Assembly (NCBI GenBank): GCA_963725075.1
Contig: CAVRXA010000019.1
Location: forward strand, 5,825-69,824
Direction: 5' to 3'
Origin: an uncultured Acidobacteriota bacterium
GTDB lineage: Bacteria > Actinomycetota > Acidimicrobiia > Spongiisociales > ZC4RG35
DNA length: 64,000 nucleotides
The notes below the pieces were generated by a model. That model made no database searches, had not been told where the DNA came from, and saw only the letters and a program-made list of their open reading frames with translations. The first letter of the stretch is position 1, and every line of letters begins with the position of its first letter. This document shows, one piece after another, positions 17,846 to 26,451 of this stretch. Made by a program: the position numbers and the translations under genes.

Positions 17846-18258
17846 ATTCGGAGCGAGGCTCGGTCACGTTGTGGATGCTGGGCTTGTCTCTCTTGCTGCT
17901 CCTCTTCGGTGGCCTGGCCGTCGACTTCTGGCGGGCACTGGCCCTGCAACGGGAGCTGGCCGCCATCGCCGATTCGGCTTCGGTGGCCGCCGGATCAGGC
18001 ATCGACGAGGAGCACTATCGGGCCACGGGCGAAGTCTTGATCGATGCGGATCGGGCGGCCGGCATCGGCTCGTCATACGTGGCGTCGCAGGACGTCGATC
18101 TGGACGACCTGATCATCACCACCGCACCGGATGGTCTGTCAGTCTCAGTGCTCGTGGTCGACCGCCTCGACTTGGGCCTGATGGGGGTCTTCGTCGATCA
18201 GACAGCGCCGCTGACGGTCACCGCCGAGGCGACTGCGGTGCCTGTTCTGGTCCCCTGA
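17842..18258 (+). CDS. TadG/TadE-like pseudopilin
   Basis: Begins ERGSVTLWMLGLSLLLLLFGGLAVDFWRALALQRE. The GTG at 17842 overlaps the upstream TGA. The upstream part of ORF 17770..18258 is out of frame. Confidence 0.55.
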   Translation: MNSERGSVTLWMLGLSLLLLLFGGLAVDFWRALALQRELAAIADSASVAAGSGIDEEHYRATGEVLIDADRAAGIGSSYVASQDVDLDDLIITTAPDGLSVSVLVVDRLDLGLMGVFVDQTAPLTVTAEATAVPVLVP

Positions 18259-18330
18259 GCCAGACTTCGCACTGGGACTGCTGTCGATTATCCTCGCGGC
18301 TTACCCCGCATCGCCTTCGGGCGTGCGCGT

Positions 18331-18405
18331 TCGGGGGTGGTGTAATAGGTAACACGGCAGGTTCTGGCCCTGTTATTGAGGGTTCGAGTCCTTCCCCCCG
18401 AGCCA
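18331..18405 (+). tRNA. tRNA-Gln (anticodon CTG), CCA encoded
   Basis: Folded by hand: acceptor TCGGGGG/CCCCCGA with U1-A72, D stem GTGT/ACAC, anticodon stem GCAGG/CCTGT, loop TTCTGGC, T arm GAGGG-TTCGAGT-CCTTC, discriminator G, then CCA. Confidence 0.75.
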
Positions 18406-18430
18406 GGCCGGCGAGAGCCGGCCCCAACCT

Positions 18431-18503
18431 GGTCCCGTCGTCTAGTGGTCTAGGACGCTGGCCTCTCAAGCCGGAAACGCCGGTTCAAACCTGGTCGGGA
18501 CTG
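18431..18503 (+). tRNA. tRNA-Glu (anticodon CTC), no encoded CCA
   Basis: Acceptor GGTCCCG/CGGGACT, D arm GTCT-AGTGGTCTA-GGAC, anticodon stem CTGGC/GCCGG, loop CTCTCAA, T loop TTCAAAC. It is a near-copy of the tRNA-Glu at 33876. Confidence 0.7.
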
Positions 18504-19250
18504 CGAAACCCCTGGTCAGGGGCTATTTTCTGACCCCGGTACCCCTCGGTCGTCTCCCGATGAGAGATGCCGGTCCGAAGCGCCGCCCACGCGCCGATCT
18601 CGGGCGCATACTGGCTGAGTATTTCGATACTGAAAGTCACCAGGTCCTCGACCCGTTGTCCCTTGGGATGGGCCGTCGACCAGAGCTCGAGATTCTCGAT
18701 TCGGTTGTCGGTACGTACCCCGTTGCGATGATGCACGACTTCGTCCGGGAGCAGGGGGCGACCGAGATGTAGCGCCATCACTAGACGGTGCTCACCCACC
18801 TTGGCCGCTCCGCCAACCAACCGACGCAACTCCTTAGACACGCCGACGATCCAATAGCCGTGATGGAGGAATCCATCACCGGCGACCTCGCGTATGGGCC
18901 GTTCGGGCTGGGGATCACCCGTGGCTAGGACCCGCTTGTAATGGGCCGCGGCAGAATCCCTTGGACTGGTGTGGCCGAGGGCAGTCGACGACCGAACAGA
19001 GCCGACCTGGTTTCCGAAGCGGCTCCTCGCCAACTGTCCCATTTCGAAGCAGCCGTTGATAGTGGCCATGGCAATAGCCCCATGCTTCGGCGTCCTCCTC
19101 ACAATCAGATGCCCCGCACCTCGACTTCTCTCTCTTGATCGGGCCGGTCGCCCCCGGATCTCCCGATCGCAGCACCCGTCTGTAGTGCATCTCGCACATT
19201 CCCCGGGCGTAGGGGTCCTGAGGGCAGTCGTCGATCGAACAGCCGACCAT
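18485..19250 (-). pseudogene. HNH endonuclease with N-terminal repeated C-X4-C...C-X2-H-Y-X-R zinc-finger-like motifs. Frameshift near 18930-18960; start uncertain.
   Basis: ORF 18915..19523 carries three CS(I/V)DDCP...GxC..HYxRxxRxG repeats. ORF 18485..19336 carries the next repeat and the HNH core HRLVMALHLGRPLLPDEVVHHRNGVRTDNRIENLELW. The repeat is cut at KGFCRG / HYKRVLATGD. The 3' end overlaps tRNA-Glu by 19 nt. Confidence 0.6.
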
Positions 19251-19406
19251 GTTGTCAACGTATAGGCCGGGTGGGACAGAAACCGGAGCGCAGTAACTTC
19301 GTTTCGTGGCTCCTGACAACCCGCCGATCCCGCCAACCGCCGGCCCTAAGCCCGCATTAAGCGTCCGGCATAGGGTCAGATGTGGGTGTCCGATAGGGGA
19401 GAGATC

Positions 19407-19961
19407 ATGCGGACGAGAGACTTCATCGTCCTGGGTGTTTTGCTCGCTGGAGTGTCGTGCGGGGGAGGGGACGCACCCACGACGACATCGGTGACAGGCG
19501 ACGCCACCACGTTGGCGGAGCAACCGACGACCGCCCCGACGATCGAGGAGACGACCACGAGCGCGGCGGGCGAAACATCAACTGGGCTCGAATGTGCCCT
19601 GGTGCCGCCCGGGACCGTCGCTACGGCCTTTGACGCGACGTCTGCCAGCGGGGAGCCGGGCATGTCCCGCAACTGCACCTTCACCCTCGTCGACGGTCTG
19701 GTCCCCACTGTCGAAGTCTTCCACTACGGGCCTTCGACGGATTGGGATGGGGTCAAGGCCGGATTCGAGGAGAACCGGGGTGGGGTGACCGAAGTTCCGG
19801 GAGTGGGCGACGAGGCTTTCCAACCCAACGACGTCGGGCCTTACGAGATCGTGGTCAAGTACCTCGACATCATCTACTCGGTCGCGGTGCAGACCGGGGG
19901 CGGTGGTCCCGAGGTGGAGGCGGCCATCCTGGAGCTCGCCACCTCCATCGCAGGCGGCTGA
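19407..19961 (+). CDS. Putative secreted lipoprotein, unknown function
   Basis: MRTRDFIVLGVLLAGVSCGGG forms a signal peptide plus lipobox-like Cys, followed by a Thr/Ala-rich linker and a globular domain. Confidence 0.55.
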   Translation: MRTRDFIVLGVLLAGVSCGGGDAPTTTSVTGDATTLAEQPTTAPTIEETTTSAAGETSTGLECALVPPGTVATAFDATSASGEPGMSRNCTFTLVDGLVPTVEVFHYGPSTDWDGVKAGFEENRGGVTEVPGVGDEAFQPNDVGPYEIVVKYLDIIYSVAVQTGGGGPEVEAAILELATSIAGG

Positions 19962-20018
19962 TCCCCCTCAACGGCCTCACCTACCTCAGGTAGGGGGTAC
20001 CTACAATCCCGGCCCCCT

Positions 20019-22070
20019 GTGTCGGATGTGATCCTGTACGCCGCGCTTGTCGCGGGTCTGGCTGCCCTCTTGCTCGCCGTCGTGTATGCCCGGGCCGTCC
20101 TGACCGCCCCTCGGGGCAACGAGCGGATGGTCGCTCTGTCCGATGCGATCAGACAGGGGGCGATGGCATTCCTGCGCCGCGAGTACGTCTGGGTGGCCGC
20201 TTTCGTCGTTGTCATGGCGACGCTCATAGCGGTCCTCCTGGATTGGGGGCGCCCTTGGGGAGTTCTGGCCTACGTCTTCGGAGCCGCCCTCTCGGCAGGC
20301 GCCGGCTATTTCGGGATGCGCATGGCCACCCAGGCCAACTCCCGGACCGCCGAGGCGGCCCGCACCGGCGGCGTCGCCAGTGCTCTACCGATCGCCTTTC
20401 GCGGCGGCGCCGTCATGGGGTTCAGCGTCGCCGGGCTCGGGCTGATCGGGGTAGTTGTCGGGTACGTCATCTTCCGGATGCTGCTCGACCTCGATGAGTG
20501 GCCGGAGATCATCACCGCCATCGCCCTCGGTGGCTCTTCGATCGCATTGTTCGCCCGGATAGGTGGCGGCATCTTCACCAAGGCGGCGGATGTCGGCGCC
20601 GACCTGGTGAGCAAGGTGGAGGCGGGCATCCCCGAAGACGATCCTCGCAACCCGGCGGTGATCGCCGACAACGTGGGGGACAACGTCGGTGACGTCGCCG
20701 GAATGGGCGCCGACCTCTTCGAGTCCTACGTCGGTGCGCTGGTGGCGCCGGTCGTCTATGCGGCGCTGGTTTTCGGCTCGTCGAGGTTCGTCGAGGAGGC
20801 GATTGTTTTCCCTCTCGCCGTCGGTGCCCTCGGCATGCTCGCCGCCATCATCGGCTCATTCCTGGTGCGGGTTCGGGGCGACGATCCCGGCGGCGCCTTG
20901 CGCAGTGGCACCAACTTCGCCCTGATCGCTACCGCAGTCGGTGCTCTCGGACTCGCCTACTGGATCTTCGGAGAAGCGGTCGATAACCCTTTGGGCATCT
21001 GGCTCGCCGTCCTCGCCGGGCTCGTCGTCGGTTGGCTGGTGGGCAAGATCTCCGAGTGGTTCACCTCGGATGACCACAAGAAGGTCAAGGAGATAGCCCG
21101 GCAGTCTCAGACCGGCCCGGCCACAGTGATCATCTCGGGTATCGCCGAATCGATGAAGTCCGCTGCCTATTCGGTGATCGTGTTGGCCGGCGGCATCGGC
21201 GTGTCCTATTTCGCCGGGGACTGGGCCTTGGGCAACGGTGGAGGCATCTATGGAGTGGCCATCGCCGCCATCGGCGCCCTCGCCACCGTCGGCATCGTCA
21301 TCTCGGTCGACGCCTATGGCCCCGTCGCCGATAACGCCGGCGGGATCGCCCGGATGGCGAACCTGCCTGCGGAGGTCCGGGATGTGACCGACACACTCGA
21401 TTCGCTGGGCAACACCACCACCGCGGTGGCCAAAGGGTTCGCCGTTGCCTCGGCGGGGGTCACCGCCCTCGCTCTCTTTGCCACATTCACCCGGGCAGTC
21501 GACCTCGATCAAATCGACCTGACCCGTGCCCCGACGCTGATCGGGCTATTCGTCGGCGCCATGTTCCCCTTCCTCGTCGCCGCCCTGACGATCAATGCTG
21601 TGGGCCGGGCGGCCGGCAAGATGGTCGACGAGGTGCGCCGTCAGTTCCGGGAGATCCCCGGGCTCAGGGACGGCGCCCCGGGTGCCACGGCCGACTACAC
21701 CGCCTGCGTCGACATCGCCACTGCCGGAGCGTTGCGGGAGATGATCATCCCCGGCTCGTTGGCGGTCGCTCTCCCCATCCTCGTCGGCCTGATCGATGTC
21801 GAGGCACTGGGCGGACTGCTTGCCGGGGCCCTCGTCACCGGGTTCCTCCTCGCCATCTTCATGGCCAATGCCGGGGGCGCCTGGGACAACGCCAAGAAGT
21901 TCATCGAATCCGGCGCATTCGGCGGGAAAGGTTCGGAGAGCCACAAGGCGGCGCTTGTCGGTGACACCGTCGGCGACCCGTTCAAGGACACATCGGGGCC
22001 GGCGATGAACATCGTCATCAAGGTGATGACGATCGTGTCCCTGGTCTTTGCCTCAGCCTTCATCGCTTGA
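20019..22070 (+). CDS. hppA: Membrane-bound proton-translocating pyrophosphatase (H+-PPase)
   Basis: 683-aa polytopic protein with H+-PPase signature segments: GGIFTKAADVGADLVSKVE, DNVGDNVGDVAGMGADLFESY and GDTVGDPFKDTSGP. Confidence 0.9.
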   Translation: MSDVILYAALVAGLAALLLAVVYARAVLTAPRGNERMVALSDAIRQGAMAFLRREYVWVAAFVVVMATLIAVLLDWGRPWGVLAYVFGAALSAGAGYFGMRMATQANSRTAEAARTGGVASALPIAFRGGAVMGFSVAGLGLIGVVVGYVIFRMLLDLDEWPEIITAIALGGSSIALFARIGGGIFTKAADVGADLVSKVEAGIPEDDPRNPAVIADNVGDNVGDVAGMGADLFESYVGALVAPVVYAALVFGSSRFVEEAIVFPLAVGALGMLAAIIGSFLVRVRGDDPGGALRSGTNFALIATAVGALGLAYWIFGEAVDNPLGIWLAVLAGLVVGWLVGKISEWFTSDDHKKVKEIARQSQTGPATVIISGIAESMKSAAYSVIVLAGGIGVSYFAGDWALGNGGGIYGVAIAAIGALATVGIVISVDAYGPVADNAGGIARMANLPAEVRDVTDTLDSLGNTTTAVAKGFAVASAGVTALALFATFTRAVDLDQIDLTRAPTLIGLFVGAMFPFLVAALTINAVGRAAGKMVDEVRRQFREIPGLRDGAPGATADYTACVDIATAGALREMIIPGSLAVALPILVGLIDVEALGGLLAGALVTGFLLAIFMANAGGAWDNAKKFIESGAFGGKGSESHKAALVGDTVGDPFKDTSGPAMNIVIKVMTIVSLVFASAFIA

Positions 22071-22096
22071 GCGGACTACGTCCGCTCGGTTTTGGG
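22069..22096 (+). terminator. Intrinsic terminator: GAGCGGAC-tac-GTCCGCTC followed by GGTTTTGGGTTCT
   Basis: An 8-bp perfect stem starts at the hppA stop codon and is followed by a T-rich tract. Confidence 0.6.
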
Positions 22097-22165
22097 TTCT
22101 GAGTGATGGGTACTGAGATGGGCACCGGCGCATTCCCGAGACCCACAACCCACTACCCACCACCC

Positions 22166-23398
22166 ATGACCGAGATAACCCTCATCCGACACGCCGAATC
22201 GCAGGCCAACCTGGACGGCATCTGGAACGGGCAGGTGGACGGGCCGTTGAGCGCAGCCGGGGAAGCCAGCCTGGATGCCATCGGCAAACGACTTCACGAC
22301 CGCAAGTTCGACGTCGTCGTCTGCTCCCCGTTGCAGAGAGCCAAGGACACCGCCGCTGCCTTCACGTCGGACTTCGAAATTTGGAACCAACTCGCCGAGC
22401 TCGACATCGGTCGTTGGGAGGGCAAGGCCCGGGAGGAGATCTTCGCCAAGGACGGTGACTACCTGCGGGAGGCGATACGTGATCGCCAACTTCCGATGGG
22501 GTTCACCGGGGAGAGCCTCGAGGAACTACATCGTCGTGCTATCGGCGCCATCGACGCGCTGGCGGCAGACCTGGGTGAAGAGGGCCGGGCGGCGGTGGTG
22601 ACCCATGGCGGGTTCATTCAGGAGGTGCTTCAGCGATATCTCGCCGGCCGGGGCCAACGGGTCCACGGTTTCGCCGGCAACACCTCGCTCACCAGGCTGA
22701 TCTGGTCGTTCGACCGGCTTCGCCTCGCAGGCTTCAACGATCTCGCCCATTTCGGGCCGCGACCGACCGCAGTGAGCGAGCATCTGGAGAAGGGCGATCC
22801 CGTGCTGGCGCTGATCCGGCACGGACAGACCCGGGCCAACACCGAGGGGCGCTGGCAGGGACAGGGTGACTGGGGTCTCGACGAGCTCGGCCATCGGCAG
22901 GCGAGGGCGCTGCGTGACTGGTACGGAACCGCCTCCACCGTTTACGCCTCGCCGTTAGGCCGTGCTCTCTCCACCGCCGAGTATTTGGCTTCTGACGGGA
23001 TCACCACCCTCGACGGATTGAAGGAGCTCGACATGGGGAGATGGGAGGGGCTCACCTCCGACGAGATCTACGAGACGTGGCCTGACCTCATGGGAACGAT
23101 CTATCGAGACGGGGTGGACCTCAAGCGGGGCGAGACCGGGGAGAGCTGGGGCGAGCTGACCGGGCGGATCCGGGCCACGGTCCATGGCCTGGAGCCTGTG
23201 CTCGACGAGCCGACGGTGGTGGTCGCACATGGAGGGGCCATCCGCGCCTACGTCTCCTCGCTCACTGTGACCACCGATTCCCACTCCGAGTCGCTCTACA
23301 CCCCGGCCAACACCGCGGTCACCCACGTCGCCATGACCGACGCAGGCCCGCTTCTCCTGGACTACGGGGTTTCCGCTCATCTCGAGAGCCTCTCCTAG
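22166..23398 (+). CDS. Tandem histidine phosphatase (two phosphoglycerate-mutase-like domains in one polypeptide)
   Basis: Two RHG catalytic motifs, LIRHAESQAN and LIRHGQTRAN, each followed by a complete histidine phosphatase fold. The start is taken at MTEITLIRHAES. Confidence 0.75.
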   Translation: MTEITLIRHAESQANLDGIWNGQVDGPLSAAGEASLDAIGKRLHDRKFDVVVCSPLQRAKDTAAAFTSDFEIWNQLAELDIGRWEGKAREEIFAKDGDYLREAIRDRQLPMGFTGESLEELHRRAIGAIDALAADLGEEGRAAVVTHGGFIQEVLQRYLAGRGQRVHGFAGNTSLTRLIWSFDRLRLAGFNDLAHFGPRPTAVSEHLEKGDPVLALIRHGQTRANTEGRWQGQGDWGLDELGHRQARALRDWYGTASTVYASPLGRALSTAEYLASDGITTLDGLKELDMGRWEGLTSDEIYETWPDLMGTIYRDGVDLKRGETGESWGELTGRIRATVHGLEPVLDEPTVVVAHGGAIRAYVSSLTVTTDSHSESLYTPANTAVTHVAMTDAGPLLLDYGVSAHLESLS

Positions 23399-23408
23399 CC
23401 TCCCGGCG

Positions 23409-23999
23409 ATGTCCGAGTACGACTCACGCCGCTATGCGCTGGTCAATCGTTGGGATCCAGCCCATCTGCGCCGGATCGACCGGCTGCTACCCCTCCGGCC
23501 GGGAGAGCGGGTCTTGGAGGTGGGTTGCGGGCAGGGCCATCTGACCATTCGCCTCGCCGAGCGAGGGATCGACGTGACCGGCATCGACGCCAACCCCAAC
23601 GCACCCGACGTGTCCGGCTCCGACCGGGTGCTGCACATGATGGCCGAGGACCTCGCCTTCGACGATGGCGAGTTCGATGCGGTGGTGTCGGTCCACGCCA
23701 TCGAGCACATCCCGCCCCTCGACGAGGCGGCAGCCGAGATGTCGAGAGTCCTGAAGCCCGGTGGCCGCGCCCTCCACATCTACCCGGCTGAGCCGATCCA
23801 GGGCCTCTACGCCATGCCCACCTCCGTGATCCTCTACGGCACGCCGTTCAAGGCGCGGCAGGTCCATTGCCACTGGCTATCCCCCTCGAAGGTGCGTCAT
23901 CTGATGGAACCCCACGGGATGACCGAGACCCACCACGAGTTCAACCTGTTCAAGTCGCCCCAATTCATCTCACGCTTCTCCAAGGACACACCAAATTGA
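23409..23999 (+). CDS. Class I SAM-dependent methyltransferase
   Basis: Motif I VLEVGCGQGHLT and a Methyltransf_11-like layout. Confidence 0.7.
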   Translation: MSEYDSRRYALVNRWDPAHLRRIDRLLPLRPGERVLEVGCGQGHLTIRLAERGIDVTGIDANPNAPDVSGSDRVLHMMAEDLAFDDGEFDAVVSVHAIEHIPPLDEAAAEMSRVLKPGGRALHIYPAEPIQGLYAMPTSVILYGTPFKARQVHCHWLSPSKVRHLMEPHGMTETHHEFNLFKSPQFISRFSKDTPN

Positions 24000-24055
24000 G
24001 ACACAGAGATGTCAGATACGGGCCTGTGGCTCCCAATTTCGAGGCCGAGTGACTC

Positions 24056-24715
24056 GTGTTCACCTGTCAGACCTGCGGCCGGGAGTTCGAGCTCAGCCAG
24101 TCGGTGCTCGACCGTTACCCGGGCTGGGTGCCGCGCCAATGCATGGACTGCCGCGATGGTGCCGGACGAGCAGCCGCCTCATCCTCGAAGCCCGCCCCAA
24201 TCAAGACGACGACGGCGAGCCGGACCAAGACGCGGGATCTGACCGTCGACGAAGTGCTCAGCTCTTTCACCGACGGCCCCGACACCGGGATCTTCACCGA
24301 CGGTGCCTCAGAGGGAAATCCCGGCCCGGGCGGCTGGGGAGCCGTGTACGTGGTGGACGGTGAGGTCATCGATGAGGCGAAAGGCGCCGACCCACACACC
24401 ACCAACAACAAGATGGAGCTCACCGCCCTGATCGCCGGGCTCGGCATGGCCCCCGCCGATATGACGATCGACGTCTATACCGATTCGCAGCTCATCGTGA
24501 ACATCGTCAACACGTGGGCCGACGGATGGGAGGCGAGAGGATGGACCAAGAAGTCGCCCGGGCCTATCGCCAATCTCGAGTTGGTCAAGGAGGCCCACGC
24601 CCTCCACAAGCAGAAGCCACACGCCCGGATCCAGTGGATCAAGGCCCATAGCGGTTATCTCTGGAACGAGTACGCCGATGCGCTCGCTACGTCGTATCGG
24701 CGTCAGGTGCACTGA
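24056..24715 (+). CDS. rnhA: Ribonuclease HI with an N-terminal about 60-aa CxxC...CxxC zinc-ribbon extension
   Basis: The RNase H core has the DEDD residues in conserved context: IFTDGASEGNPGPGGWG, TNNKMELTALIAGL, IDVYTDSQ and WIKAHSGYLWNEYADALA. The N-terminus reads MFTCQTCGREF...RQCMDCRD. Confidence 0.8.
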   Translation: MFTCQTCGREFELSQSVLDRYPGWVPRQCMDCRDGAGRAAASSSKPAPIKTTTASRTKTRDLTVDEVLSSFTDGPDTGIFTDGASEGNPGPGGWGAVYVVDGEVIDEAKGADPHTTNNKMELTALIAGLGMAPADMTIDVYTDSQLIVNIVNTWADGWEARGWTKKSPGPIANLELVKEAHALHKQKPHARIQWIKAHSGYLWNEYADALATSYRRQVH

Positions 24716-25713
24716 TGCCCATGCCTCCGGTGACCGCGGAATACATGCGGGACTGGGGCAAACACACCCACGGCTCTCCCCTCTACGCAGAGCTGGTCGA
24801 GGTGGTGGCCGACGACCCGGAGTTGTTGCGGGTGATGAACCGCATCGGGCACCAGTTACCGCCCAATCTGATGTTCGGCGCCGTCCAGTTGATGCTCATG
24901 GACGGGGAGGACGGTGACCTCGCCATGCACTACCGATCGATCGTGGACGATCCGGCGCCACCTCACGGAGTGGGCCCGAAATTCCGGAGCTTCGTCCTCG
25001 CCCACGAGGAGGAGATTGTGGAGATGGGCAACACGCGGTACACCCAGACCAACGAGTGCCGTCGCTGTGTCGCCCTGCTCCCGATGGTGACGATGGCGGA
25101 GTTCCGTGCCTTCCATCTCATCGACGTGGGCACCAGCGCCGGTCTCAACCTCGGCCTCGATCGTTACGGGTATCGATACGGCCACGAGGAATGGCATCCC
25201 GACGCCGAGCCCATGCTCGAGGCGGAATCGAGAGGCGTCGCCCCGGAACTGGTCGAGATCGAGGTGCTGAGCCGCACCGGCCTCGATCTCAACCCGCTCG
25301 ACCCGGCCGATGAGAGTGCCCGGCGGTGGCTCGACGCCCTGATCTGGCCCGAGCACGTCGAGCGAAGAGCGCGTCTTCGCACCGCCCTCGACAAGGTGGC
25401 GAGTCTCGACATCGAGATGATCGCGGGCGACGCCCTCGAGACCCTGCCCGTGGTCCTGGACGGGCTCCCCGTAGGAGAGCCCGCAGTGGTCATGAGCTCT
25501 TTCACCGTGAACCAGTTCGACGCAGCGCAGCGAGACCGTCTCGATTCGATTGTGTCCGGCGCCCGTTCGGCGCGTCCGATCCATCGGATCTCGATGGGGG
25601 AGATATTGGACGAGGCCGACGACTGGGCTGGGCTGGTCGTCGACGACGGGAGTGGGGCTTCGACTGTGGGACAGGCCCACCCCCACGGGGAGTGGATCGA
25701 GCTCTACCGCTAG
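24715..25713 (+). CDS. Conserved hypothetical protein, DUF2332-like
   Basis: 332-aa ORF with good protein-like composition. The family assignment is from memory and weak. Confidence 0.4.
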   Translation: MPMPPVTAEYMRDWGKHTHGSPLYAELVEVVADDPELLRVMNRIGHQLPPNLMFGAVQLMLMDGEDGDLAMHYRSIVDDPAPPHGVGPKFRSFVLAHEEEIVEMGNTRYTQTNECRRCVALLPMVTMAEFRAFHLIDVGTSAGLNLGLDRYGYRYGHEEWHPDAEPMLEAESRGVAPELVEIEVLSRTGLDLNPLDPADESARRWLDALIWPEHVERRARLRTALDKVASLDIEMIAGDALETLPVVLDGLPVGEPAVVMSSFTVNQFDAAQRDRLDSIVSGARSARPIHRISMGEILDEADDWAGLVVDDGSGASTVGQAHPHGEWIELYR

Positions 25714-26414
25714 ACCCGGCCGTAGACCGGGATCTCGGCGCCGTTGATGACGCCTGATTCCTCGGTGAGCAGGAAGTGGGCCACCGCGGCGATCTCGTCC
25801 GGTGTCGGCCAGTTCACATAGTCGGCGTATGGAAGCGATCGGCGCGTCGCCGGTGTGTCGATGACCGATGGGAGGAGCACGTTGGCTGTCACCCCGGTTC
25901 CCTCCAACTCCTGGGCCACCGACCTGGTTAGTGCCACCACCCCTGACTTGGCCACGTTGAAGGCAGCCTGGCCGGTGGGATAGTCGACCGTGGCCCGGCT
26001 TCCCACGGTCACGATCCGGCCCCAGCCGGTCTCGACAAGGTAAGGCACGACGGCTCGCACCGAATAGAACGTGGAGCGGAGGTTGAGGTCGAGCATCCGC
26101 TCGAACCGAACGTCGTCGGTCTCCTCGACGTCACGACCCCCGGCCCATCCGCCGACCAAGGCCACGAGACCGTGAATGGAGCCCCATCGTTCGGCGACGC
26201 CCTTCAAGAAAGTGTTGACCGCCTCGGCATTGGTGGCGTCGACCCGCACCAGCAAGACCTGGTCCTCGTCGATCTCGAACTCCTGCTCGAAATGCTCGGC
26301 CTCGTCCGGAAGCAGATAGGTGATTGCCAGCCGGTAGTCCTCGTAGATGAGACGGCGAACGAGGGCGGTGCCGAGCCCGCCCGTGCCACCGGTGATCACA
26401 AATGTCTTTTCCAT
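25710..26414 (-). CDS. SDR family NAD(P)-dependent oxidoreductase
   Basis: The start at MEKTFVITGGTGGLGTAL carries the TGxxxGxG motif, and YxxxK is present later. A GGGAG ribosome-binding site precedes the ATG. The upstream part of the ORF track is junk. Confidence 0.7.
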   Translation of the reverse strand: MEKTFVITGGTGGLGTALVRRLIYEDYRLAITYLLPDEAEHFEQEFEIDEDQVLLVRVDATNAEAVNTFLKGVAERWGSIHGLVALVGGWAGGRDVEETDDVRFERMLDLNLRSTFYSVRAVVPYLVETGWGRIVTVGSRATVDYPTGQAAFNVAKSGVVALTRSVAQELEGTGVTANVLLPSVIDTPATRRSLPYADYVNWPTPDEIAAVAHFLLTEESGVINGAEIPVYGRV

Positions 26415-26451
26415 GCTCCCGTCGCTCCGTGCGACCACTCTACGGGGAGGC

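Noticed and set aside
18258-19523. Integrase or att-site structure at the tRNA-Gln/tRNA-Glu locus
   Set aside because: No integrase/recombinase ORF and no repeat of the tRNA 3' end was found downstream; only an HNH endonuclease.
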